In this document: positions 55,366 to 64,000 of the stretch, piece after piece | Layout of the letters: each line of letters opens with the position of its first letter | How positions within the stretch are numbered: the first letter of the stretch is position 1 | Virus record (IMG/VR): IMGVR_UViG_3300028048_000055 | Location: 101,062 to 165,061 of that record | Length of the DNA: 64,000 nucleotides | Direction: 5' to 3' (one strand) | DNA from: a virus | Lineage: Duplodnaviria > Caudoviricetes | Made by a program: the position numbers and the translations under genes | Notes under the pieces: model-generated | Told to the model about the DNA's origin: nothing | Databases searched by the model: none | What the model saw: only the letters and a program-made list of their open reading frames with translations

Positions 55366-58293
55366 TTATATTATATAATATACACCATTTGTTAATGTTG
55401 AAGGTATAGTCGCAGCAGACTGGAATGTTATTGACTGGTTGGCTGCAGCACTTACATAATTACCTGTTTTTAAATTATTAAGTTTGAAATAATATTGTCT
55501 AAGGCCTGCAAATGTACCTCCACCATAACCAAAGCTTAATGTAGGAACATATATATCAGCTTCAGTAATATCAGCAGTAGCTATCGCCGCTGAATTTTCA
55601 TAAAATTCCCACATACTATACTTTGCAGTTACAGGTGTTCCATTATCAACACCAGATACATATAAATTACAATTATCTGCAGTAACACTACCAAATGCTC
55701 TTATTCTATTAATTTCCATATTGTCTATATCTGATGTAGCTATATGACCCTGTCTATCAATTACGCCATTAATTCTAAATGCGCCTTCAGGAATGCCTGC
55801 CTGTGCTGAAATGGCTAATGTATTACCATTCTTAACAAAACCAACACCGTCACCAGCAGATAATTTAAATCCCGTATAATTAAATGTCTGATTAAAATTA
55901 CTACCAGTTGCGGTAAATACTTGATTTAATGGAATAAAATTATTAGATAATGGTGTTCCATTAATATAAAAATTGGTTGCACTTATATTTCCTTTAGCAC
56001 TTACATTTCCGTCATGATCAATCCAATATAAATCACTTCTACTAGTATTGTCATGGCCATTACCAATAACAAATGCAACACCAGCTGATGTTTTATTAAA
56101 ATTTCCAATAGCCATGCCAGTATTAGTAATTACTGACCCTGCGCCAAATGCTTGTGAATAATTTAATGCAGTACTACTTACACCTTGAGCAATACTATAA
56201 TCATTTGCTATGTTAGATATTCCTTGTGTAAAACTACACTCGGTACTACTATTTGTTAAACCTTGTGCAAAAGAATATCGTTGTGCAACGGAACCAAGTC
56301 CTTGTGCAAATGATATTGTTTTGGCACTTGCACCTTGACCTTGTGCAAATGCAATATCACCTACATTATTATCTGAGCCAATTTTACATTCGATTGCACT
56401 TAATGGCACATAAGCTGTTTCTCCCCAAGCGGCAGAATTATTATATACTGTAGAACTAACCCCAATTATCCCATCACCATTGGTATTAATCCATTGTTTT
56501 GCTTGATAGCCAGAAGATGCAGAATTAATCAATGCATCAGATACATTAAATATCATTGTATTTGCTGCAGAAGTAGCAGAAATATATTTTGCTGTATTTG
56601 CTTGTAACTTAAATGCAGAAATTGGAAGTTCAGCAATTTTTGTATCACCATTATAAGCACTGAACCTAGCAGAGACAATAGAATCAATTGGATTTCCATT
56701 TATATAAAAATTCTTTGCACTTACATTTCCATTGGTATATACATCACCAGCATTATTTATCCAATACAAATCACTTCTATTATCATCATCTATACCATTA
56801 CCAATAACAAATCGAGCATCAGTAGTTTTATTATATTTACCGATTGCCATACCATTGCTTGCTCTAAGACCTTCACCTAATGTCTGCGATGGACCTATTG
56901 CACTATTATTAACACCCTGTGCAAATGCGCCATCATTCGCTGAACAATGAACACCTTGTGCAAATGAATTTACTGTAGAATTAATATATGAACCTTGACC
57001 AAAAGAATTCTGTTCTACATAAACATCATCACCTTGCGCTAATGCACATCCCATAGTTTTACCAGCAGTTACACTATTGCCTTGAGCAAAAGAATAATAA
57101 TTTGCACTAGTTTTATAACCTTGTGCGATAGAATAGTTTTTTGCTATAACACTATTACCTTGTGCTAAAGATATACTATAGGCTGAAACGTCACTACCTT
57201 GAGCAAAAGCATTATAATATGCTGAAGTATTCTTACCTTGGGCAAACGAAGTACTTGTAGCACTAGTGCTTGCACCTTGTGCCATACTAATATAATCTGC
57301 TAAAACAGCTTGTCCTTGTGCAAAGGCATCTGTTGTTGCAACAGCACTTGTACCAGCAGCAAAGCCATCACTTGTTGCACTATTTGTAGAACCTAATGCT
57401 TGGCTTTGATTTTTTGCATAGTTGTTTACACCTGCTGCTATTGATTGACCATTAGCATAATTTTTTCTACCCTGTGCAAATGAATCATAACTTGCGCTAC
57501 ATGCAGAACCTTGTGCTAAACTATAATTAGAAACTGTATGGTTAACCCTTGCGCCTTCAATTGTTCCTTCATTGATACCAGAAATACTACTTAATGCATT
57601 ATAGACCTGAGAAGCAGAATTAATAAAATCATCAGTTATACCAATAGTGCCAGTATTACCATCTGCAGACATCTGAATAAATCTATTAAGGTCTGTCTTA
57701 ATAGTATAATCTCTTTCAGGTGCTGTATTTTCAAATGTTATAGAATTTTCTATTAATTCTACATCTTTGTAATATGGTTCCAAATCACCGACATATTCCC
57801 AGCCAGATGGACCATTATTGACAGCAGATAACCATCTATAATAAGTTTGCTGATTAGATGGGCTAACCCCTGATTCTACATATACATTATTTTCTATATC
57901 ATATATCCAAACTGGTATATCAGTTCCAACGTCATTCAAAATCTTAATGACATCTCTATCCGAAATGTCTACACCCGAAACAAGCTCTGCAGAACGTGCT
58001 ATAAATGCATCATGACTGCCAACTACGTCAATAACATCTGCACGGGCATTAATTATTCTAATTTCTTCATTAAGATAGCCAGAAAATGCAGAACACTCAT
58101 CATATGTCTGGTTAAGAGAATCAAGTAAATACTGGTCTCTTCCAGAAAACGGTTCAATTGTTTCCCTATTAAGCCAGTTACCATCAGCAACGGTATTTCT
58201 GGACCATTTCATCAACTTACCAGCTTTACCACCATATTGTCCAGCTGAATAACCTTTACCAGATGCATCTAACCATGAATATTGTTCTGCCAT
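55366..58293 (-). CDS. tail fibre/adhesin with YadA-head-like SFAQG beta-roll repeats
   Basis: Many 14-residue xSFAQGxxxxAx repeats; two AIGxxN..FVIGNG..RSDLYWI necks; start revised (late promoter 58311-58318, SD GAGG). Confidence 0.75.
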   Translation of the reverse strand: MAEQYSWLDASGKGYSAGQYGGKAGKLMKWSRNTVADGNWLNRETIEPFSGRDQYLLDSLNQTYDECSAFSGYLNEEIRIINARADVIDVVGSHDAFIARSAELVSGVDISDRDVIKILNDVGTDIPVWIYDIENNVYVESGVSPSNQQTYYRWLSAVNNGPSGWEYVGDLEPYYKDVELIENSITFENTAPERDYTIKTDLNRFIQMSADGNTGTIGITDDFINSASQVYNALSSISGINEGTIEGARVNHTVSNYSLAQGSACSASYDSFAQGRKNYANGQSIAAGVNNYAKNQSQALGSTNSATSDGFAAGTSAVATTDAFAQGQAVLADYISMAQGASTSATSTSFAQGKNTSAYYNAFAQGSDVSAYSISLAQGNSVIAKNYSIAQGYKTSANYYSFAQGNSVTAGKTMGCALAQGDDVYVEQNSFGQGSYINSTVNSFAQGVHCSANDGAFAQGVNNSAIGPSQTLGEGLRASNGMAIGKYNKTTDARFVIGNGIDDDNRSDLYWINNAGDVYTNGNVSAKNFYINGNPIDSIVSARFSAYNGDTKIAELPISAFKLQANTAKYISATSAANTMIFNVSDALINSASSGYQAKQWINTNGDGIIGVSSTVYNNSAAWGETAYVPLSAIECKIGSDNNVGDIAFAQGQGASAKTISFAQGLGSVAQRYSFAQGLTNSSTECSFTQGISNIANDYSIAQGVSSTALNYSQAFGAGSVITNTGMAIGNFNKTSAGVAFVIGNGHDNTSRSDLYWIDHDGNVSAKGNISATNFYINGTPLSNNFIPLNQVFTATGSNFNQTFNYTGFKLSAGDGVGFVKNGNTLAISAQAGIPEGAFRINGVIDRQGHIATSDIDNMEINRIRAFGSVTADNCNLYVSGVDNGTPVTAKYSMWEFYENSAAIATADITEADIYVPTLSFGYGGGTFAGLRQYYFKLNNLKTGNYVSAAANQSITFQSAATIPSTLTNGVYYII

Positions 58294-58365
58294 ATTATAA
58301 AACCTCTTATTATTTATAACAAGAGGCACTAATAAAAAATACCAGATTTACTGGTATTTTATGCA

Positions 58366-59958
58366 TTAATTGTAATATCCACTATCTAATCCTTTGAATG
58401 GAACAATCTCATATGTTCCATTTGTATGGATAATAATAGCTACACCTGCTAGGTAATTAACCCAATGATTGCTTGACATATTATATGGTGTTAAACTTGG
58501 AGCCGTATCTATCATAGAAGCATAAGTAATCATAGGGCCTAAATAATGGTCATGTGATACAAATACATTTAATCTTGTATTTGCACAAGCATTAATTATT
58601 GTTTTTATAAAATTCCTTGATTTTGATATAATTTGAGCTCTAACTTTAGTAGTCTTTTCATTAGTTTCCCAATCTGCACCATCAGGAGTTATACCAAAAT
58701 AATTTTCCAATTCTGCAGTAGTTAATGCTTCAGGGTTAGAACAATATTTACCCATTAATTCCCAAGTTCCGCTAGATGGCAAATCTATTGTATAAGCGTC
58801 TCCATTTATAGTAGTATCAGAATATGTAGTATCAATCTGTGAATATGGCTGGGTTTCGCCTGCATAATTAGTATCACCACGATAACCAGCAATTAATGCA
58901 GCAGTATGCTTAGTTCTATAGTAATCAGTAGATGAATAGAATGCATCATTTGTAGCAATGTTCGATTGCTGCATCTGCGTGCCTAAATTAATTGCCTGTG
59001 TTCTACCATTTTCAGATAATTCACCAGTCTGACTTGTATCAGAACCTCTTTCTGCATGACGAATTATTAAAGCAATCTTATCATCTATTGCAATATTCTT
59101 AACATCTGACCAAGAATTAAATATTGTATGATTTTCATTTGTAACTTCTGTATATGTTCCATCATCGGAATAAGAAGTTCCAATCGGATAAAGTTCTGCC
59201 GTTCCATCCTCATGCTTAATTATAGCGACGCCAGATAGATAACAAATTTGCTGTGTATCTCCAAGATACCATTTTAATGATATCTGTTGACCACAAATTG
59301 TAACTACATAAGGCCATAACATATTATCATGTGTTACAAATATATTCAAGTCATTTGTTATCGCTTGAATTAATCTAGTTGTAATTGTAGAAGCTTTATA
59401 GTTAATATCTTCTATAAGTGCTTCATCAGTATCTCCACAACCAAATACATCTTGAATTGTGTAGGTTACAATAGCACCTTCAGGTGCTAGAATATCTTTT
59501 AATGCAGCTGAATCACAATAACTATATGATGACAAAATATTGAAATCAATACTTGGTTTTTGACCTGGACCTGTTACAAAATAATAACTGGTTAATATAC
59601 TGTCCAAAGAAATATCAACATTGTTTATACCCACATTGTCGCCAATTCGTTTAGATATTTCATCTGCTGTCTGTTTAGTACGATAAACGTCGGTAGAATA
59701 ATATGAAGTTTCACCGGTAGAATACTTATCAGCAATTATATCGCCAATTTCTTGGCACCATTCGATACCATTCTGTGATAATGTTCCATCACTTTGTTTT
59801 TGTGAATGTCTAATAACAAGGCCTAACTTATCAGTTGGTCCTACCATATCTAATATTTCAGCATAAGTATAGAATTCAGAACAATCTGGAAATTCTTTTA
59901 CAAGAATTGGTCCTAAACCTGCAGCAACTATGTTATTACCTTGTTTTATAAAATTCAT
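58366..59958 (-). CDS. tandem (double) histidine phosphatase-domain protein
   Basis: VIRHSQK...YRTKQTA...FVTHD and IIRHAER...YRTKHTA...FVSHD. Confidence 0.75.
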   Translation of the reverse strand: MNFIKQGNNIVAAGLGPILVKEFPDCSEFYTYAEILDMVGPTDKLGLVIRHSQKQSDGTLSQNGIEWCQEIGDIIADKYSTGETSYYSTDVYRTKQTADEISKRIGDNVGINNVDISLDSILTSYYFVTGPGQKPSIDFNILSSYSYCDSAALKDILAPEGAIVTYTIQDVFGCGDTDEALIEDINYKASTITTRLIQAITNDLNIFVTHDNMLWPYVVTICGQQISLKWYLGDTQQICYLSGVAIIKHEDGTAELYPIGTSYSDDGTYTEVTNENHTIFNSWSDVKNIAIDDKIALIIRHAERGSDTSQTGELSENGRTQAINLGTQMQQSNIATNDAFYSSTDYYRTKHTAALIAGYRGDTNYAGETQPYSQIDTTYSDTTINGDAYTIDLPSSGTWELMGKYCSNPEALTTAELENYFGITPDGADWETNEKTTKVRAQIISKSRNFIKTIINACANTRLNVFVSHDHYLGPMITYASMIDTAPSLTPYNMSSNHWVNYLAGVAIIIHTNGTYEIVPFKGLDSGYYN

Positions 59959-60603
59959 TTATTCCTCATTACTTGCTGTATAAAAGAAATCTTCATCTGT
60001 AGCATATGTTATTGCATCAGCTGCAACTAACATATCTTCATATTTCTTAAGCCTTTCTTCTGTCAAGAATGCATCTGGTTCAATTTGTTTAAGAACTAAT
60101 TTTGCTTCTCTAAATGAACCCGTTTCAACTAATGAAATCACAGACATTAATTTCTGTGCGATTTCAAGCGGAGTAACAGTCTGGAAATCTGTAAAAATAC
60201 ATTCTTCGCGGAATAAAGAAATAAATTCCTTGCCGATTGCAATATTGTAAGCTACTTCTCCTGCAACACCATCAATTAAAACCAATCTAGAAATATTGTT
60301 ATTCATTTCTTGTTCATAACGAAGTTTGTCAACTGGTTTACCCATAAAATCTAATACTTCATGTTCTTCATAAGCTTCAAGTATTTCTTTAGAATGTTTA
60401 TACCAATAATCTTTATTGTTATAAATGCAGTTACCATCTACATAAACAATTCTAGAAATGTATTTCATATCAATATCCTTCAAAATGAAAAAATCATTTT
60501 CATTAGCACCATCTTGTTTGATGATGAATTTTATATCGTTTAAATTTTCAGCAATATATTTCAAAATATTTGTTTCTTTATTTACTGCATAATATCTTTG
60601 CAT
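59959..60603 (-). CDS. hypothetical protein in tail module (possible fibre assembly factor)
   Basis: Position downstream of fibre genes; SD GAGG. Confidence 0.5.
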   Translation of the reverse strand: MQRYYAVNKETNILKYIAENLNDIKFIIKQDGANENDFFILKDIDMKYISRIVYVDGNCIYNNKDYWYKHSKEILEAYEEHEVLDFMGKPVDKLRYEQEMNNNISRLVLIDGVAGEVAYNIAIGKEFISLFREECIFTDFQTVTPLEIAQKLMSVISLVETGSFREAKLVLKQIEPDAFLTEERLKKYEDMLVAADAITYATDEDFFYTASNEE

Positions 60604-60612
60604 TTGTTACCT

Positions 60613-62226
60613 CTACGAAGGTGTATTAACTTCTTGACCATTAATTTCAAGATAATATCTAGCATTACCAAATGTAGTTTCTATAAATTCTGGTTGAACA
60701 TAAGCTGTTGCAGCAGACATAAGATTTGGATTTAATTCATTAACAACTGCAGTCACATCATATTCTGTACATTTATTTTTAACCGTATCTGACGTTACAA
60801 ATCGTGCTATATTTGTATCATCTTTACCATAATTCGCATTAAATAATAATTTAAATGAATCAGAACTTTGCTCATAATAATAAACGCCTCTAACAGTTAT
60901 AGGACCATTATAACTACCTGTTAAATAATATAAACCATCATCAACTTTATTAGTAACTGCAGTAACATTTATTGGAGTTAAATCAGTAAATTGTGTACTG
61001 CCTCGGCCTGTTCGTGTTAATATTGTATTATAACCCCATCCACAGAATCCAACAGTTGAAAATATTTCATCTGTATTACCACTAAAATTACTATTTAATA
61101 ATAATTCTGCAAATGCCTCATCATTACTTCTACTTGTGCTAAATACTGCTACTGAACCAAAATTCTTTTTATATATACTACCTATATCTAAAACTCCATC
61201 CCAAGTAGTAGGTCTATATACAAAATTAGAATTTTCTGCCGCAGTTAAAACTTTAGTTGCATTATCTACATTTGGAATATATTTTGTTGAATCTAATATA
61301 TTATTTTTTTGATATAGCATTGTGGTTGATAATTTATTATTATCTCCTTGCCAAGCAAACATATCATTATTATCAACAGCTAAAACATATTCATACATTT
61401 GACCTGTACCAATTTTACCAATATAATCACCAGTAAGACCTGTTAAACTATTACTTCTAACATATACAACATTTGCTATAAATTGATTATATGCAGTAGC
61501 ATCACTAGCTGCAGTATTCCATGTCATATAATCACCTTGGCTAGCAGTTATGAAATTACTAATAGCTGTAGTACCACCAATGAAACCCAAATTTGTATTC
61601 AATCCGGTCAAATTATATGTATCAGTTTGCGTGTCTGATGCGGCAGTATAAGTCTGTCTAATCACACCAGTTTCATTATAAAACATTGCGGGTGTAGCAT
61701 TACTACTATTCCATTGGTCTGTTTGGAACAAGAAATAATATTTATTGCCAGCTTGTAATGAAACAGAACCCATATTTCCTGTTCTAATGTGACCTGTCAA
61801 ACCATATTTTACAACTTCATTTGATATAATTGTACCTGTATCAAGGAAAGCAAGTTGAATACCAGCTTCATTAAATATTCTAAAATTGTCATTTGTATAT
61901 GAAGTATTTCCATTATCTTCAAATATACCAAATGAATTTAAAGTAATATCTCTATCAGGAATATACTCAATTAATACACCATCAGAACCTCGGACAAGCT
62001 GTAATTCTGCCGGTGGCTCTTCCCAATATCTTCTCCAAATACCATATTGAGGTAAATCATTAACAGTAATATTTGTCACACCCACCGGTATATAATAGAC
62101 TTTTTCAATCTGTGCACTATTAGCTGTACTACCATTTGGACAGAAAATAATATTATCTGTATCTAAATTTGGCTGACCTCTATCTGGAAAATGACAACCT
62201 ATTTTTCCTTCAATTCTCCAAGGCAT
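60613..62226 (-). CDS. putative tail fibre/receptor-binding protein
   Basis: Beta-rich composition; in tail module. Confidence 0.55.
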   Translation of the reverse strand: MPWRIEGKIGCHFPDRGQPNLDTDNIIFCPNGSTANSAQIEKVYYIPVGVTNITVNDLPQYGIWRRYWEEPPAELQLVRGSDGVLIEYIPDRDITLNSFGIFEDNGNTSYTNDNFRIFNEAGIQLAFLDTGTIISNEVVKYGLTGHIRTGNMGSVSLQAGNKYYFLFQTDQWNSSNATPAMFYNETGVIRQTYTAASDTQTDTYNLTGLNTNLGFIGGTTAISNFITASQGDYMTWNTAASDATAYNQFIANVVYVRSNSLTGLTGDYIGKIGTGQMYEYVLAVDNNDMFAWQGDNNKLSTTMLYQKNNILDSTKYIPNVDNATKVLTAAENSNFVYRPTTWDGVLDIGSIYKKNFGSVAVFSTSRSNDEAFAELLLNSNFSGNTDEIFSTVGFCGWGYNTILTRTGRGSTQFTDLTPINVTAVTNKVDDGLYYLTGSYNGPITVRGVYYYEQSSDSFKLLFNANYGKDDTNIARFVTSDTVKNKCTEYDVTAVVNELNPNLMSAATAYVQPEFIETTFGNARYYLEINGQEVNTPS

Positions 62227-62236
62227 ATAATCTCAC

Positions 62237-64000
62237 TTAGTTTTGAAATCCACTCATTACAAAGAACAATGAACCTTGACCTTGGCATAAACCACCTGTT
62301 ACATGTCTAATCAAGTCTTCATCATTGTGAACAACAAATAATCTTTGTGCTGCAAAGTTAGCATCGCCTGTATTTGTATAATATGTTGTTGCTGAAATAT
62401 TTACAGGAGTTGCTGTATTATTTGCAGAAATAGCAATTACATTATTTGTAGTATTTGCAGATACTGTCGATTTAGCACTTAATCCACTGACTTCATTCCA
62501 TTTACTAATAGAAGAATGTAATATCTGAACATCCTGGTAAACATCGTCAGTCATTTGAACAACAATTTTATTTGTTGCGGTATTAGGAACAGCTGTAATA
62601 CCATTAGTTCCATCAATGGTATATGCAGATGTCATGTCAAATCCAAGAGGATTAGTAGATGTTCCATCACCACTCAATGGCGCATTAGCAGATACTCCGC
62701 TTAAACCACCGCCTTGAACTTCTGCCCAACCAGCGGTAGTCAAAGCATATTGTTTTGTTCCACTAATTGTATTAGATGAACTTGTTACAAATGTTGCAGA
62801 GTCAGTTTGGTATTGAGCAGTAGTTAAATAACTACTCATATCTGCTTTCTTTTGGTATCTTCCATCTGATTCTGATTTAGAATATACATTCGCGTTAACA
62901 TCAGTCCAACCACTTACATTACCTTCACTATCAGTTCGTAATACTAAGTATTGGTTTACCAATTCAGTTGGTTTATCTACTTTATCATTCCATCCAGCAC
63001 TAGCTGCCGTTAATGTATTAACAGTGGCTGTAATACTTATTGGAGCATAATCATTATCACCACTTGCTTTTGTATAAAAACCTTGTTGTCCTACCCAAGT
63101 TTCTGCTTCACTCAAAGCATTCGCGCTAGCATTATTAGCATATTCTTTTGTAGCATATTCATCTAATTGTGTTTTTAATGCGAATGTAGCACTATCGGTT
63201 TGATATTGCGCTGTAGTTAGATAACTATTTAACTGCGAAGCAGAAGCAAATGTAGAATCTACTTGCGTTTTTGTATAATAGTTACTTAAATCAGTTGTAG
63301 GAATCGTATAATCAGTACTACCTATTTTAATACCTGTTAATGTATTGCTAGTACCAGTTAACACATCAGCAGTCGTTACATAATCACCTGTTGGTTGATA
63401 TAAAGTATCTGCACTTGTTTTTGTAAGATATGTATTTGGTGCAGTTGTTCCAGTATATATAGTAAAATCAGAACTATCAAGTTTTCCATTGATAGTATTT
63501 AACTGGTCTTGCGTTAAACCAATATTCCATTGATTATTAACCTCACCATCACGTGTTGCTGCAATACCATTATAGCCACTTAATGTAGTATCTGTTACAA
63601 CAGGTTCAGCAGTCATAGAAATACCAAATGTCTTAACACCTGCGTCTGTAGCAGTTGTAATTTCTATACCAGCAGCACCAGTTACATTATATTTCAAAAT
63701 ATCATTAAATGCTGCAGAAAGTTCAGAAGCACCACTAGTTTCTGTCTTTTGATAGTAATTAGCTAATGACTGGTGAGTAGTCAAAAAATCGCCACTAACA
63801 GTACTAAATGCTGTAGTATCTAACTTAGCAGTAACATTTTCCCATGTTCCACTTATATTATCGAGAGCATTAGCAGAAAGATAATCGCCTTTAGATTGAT
63901 ATGTACTTGCCGCATCACCGGTTGTCAAATAACTTGACATTTCAGCAGTTGTCTGATAATCTTCATAGTCTGTCAAATCTGAAACTTTTGTTGGAATAGG
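62237..64000 (-). CDS. tail fibre protein, 5'-truncated by window edge
   Basis: Frame open to the window end (IPTKVSDLT); repeats SYLTTAQYQTDSATF x2, LSNYYTK, PLSGDGT. Confidence 0.7.
   Translation of the reverse strand, partial: PIPTKVSDLTDYEDYQTTAEMSSYLTTGDAASTYQSKGDYLSANALDNISGTWENVTAKLDTTAFSTVSGDFLTTHQSLANYYQKTETSGASELSAAFNDILKYNVTGAAGIEITTATDAGVKTFGISMTAEPVVTDTTLSGYNGIAATRDGEVNNQWNIGLTQDQLNTINGKLDSSDFTIYTGTTAPNTYLTKTSADTLYQPTGDYVTTADVLTGTSNTLTGIKIGSTDYTIPTTDLSNYYTKTQVDSTFASASQLNSYLTTAQYQTDSATFALKTQLDEYATKEYANNASANALSEAETWVGQQGFYTKASGDNDYAPISITATVNTLTAASAGWNDKVDKPTELVNQYLVLRTDSEGNVSGWTDVNANVYSKSESDGRYQKKADMSSYLTTAQYQTDSATFVTSSSNTISGTKQYALTTAGWAEVQGGGLSGVSANAPLSGDGTSTNPLGFDMTSAYTIDGTNGITAVPNTATNKIVVQMTDDVYQDVQILHSSISKWNEVSGLSAKSTVSANTTNNVIAISANNTATPVNISATTYYTNTGDANFAAQRLFVVHNDEDLIRHVTGGLCQGQGSLFFVMSGFQN

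Noticed and set aside
56100-57560. Repeated ccttgtgcaaa units as a possible CRISPR array
   Set aside because: They are the 42-nt periodic coding repeats (FAQG) of the fibre gene, not repeat-spacer units.
1-64000. Alternative genetic code (TAG or TGA reassignment)
   Set aside because: Long genes are intact in code 11, and TAG and TGA end many tightly coupled genes; the isolated in-frame stops are of different types.

Overview
AT-rich, densely coding 64-kb segment of a large T4-like (jumbo-type) dsDNA phage genome using the standard genetic code. Evidence for T4-likeness: TATAAATA late promoters, a UvsY homolog, an Rnl1 RNA ligase, a gp17-like terminase ATPase paralog and tail-fibre genes. Layout: 1-10 kb, hypervariable small early ORFs with several lesions; 10-12.4 kb, late glycosyltransferase cluster; 13-26 kb, RNA-repair, translation, lysis and peptidase genes; 26-50 kb, metabolic genes interspersed with late head-type proteins and three free-standing endonucleases; 52-54 kb, hsp20/nudix/uvsY; 54-64 kb, minus-strand tail-fibre module running off the window. 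The metabolic genes include a complete deamidating NAD+ salvage route (PncA, PncB, NadD-Nudix, NadE), CoaE, M16 and M18 peptidases, a radical SAM enzyme and a vWA/PurA-like pair. Most notable observations: (1) a 16-nt coding gap inside the GDEGKG P-loop of the PurA-like gene with the hallmarks of T4 gene 60-type translational bypassing (GGU, UGA, hairpin, GGU); (2) paired hairpins with complementary loops plus a late promoter in front of all three endonuclease genes; (3) the four-enzyme NAD+ reconstitution route; (4) a catalytically dead stand-alone terminase ATPase domain; (5) a shared EAxxILxxxGYxVE motif in six proteins, five of them directly behind late promoters; (6) four FETNSSSxH-leader proteins linked to a radical SAM enzyme. 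No tRNA, rRNA or CRISPR array was recognised. All assignments come from motif recognition by eye; no database searches were run.
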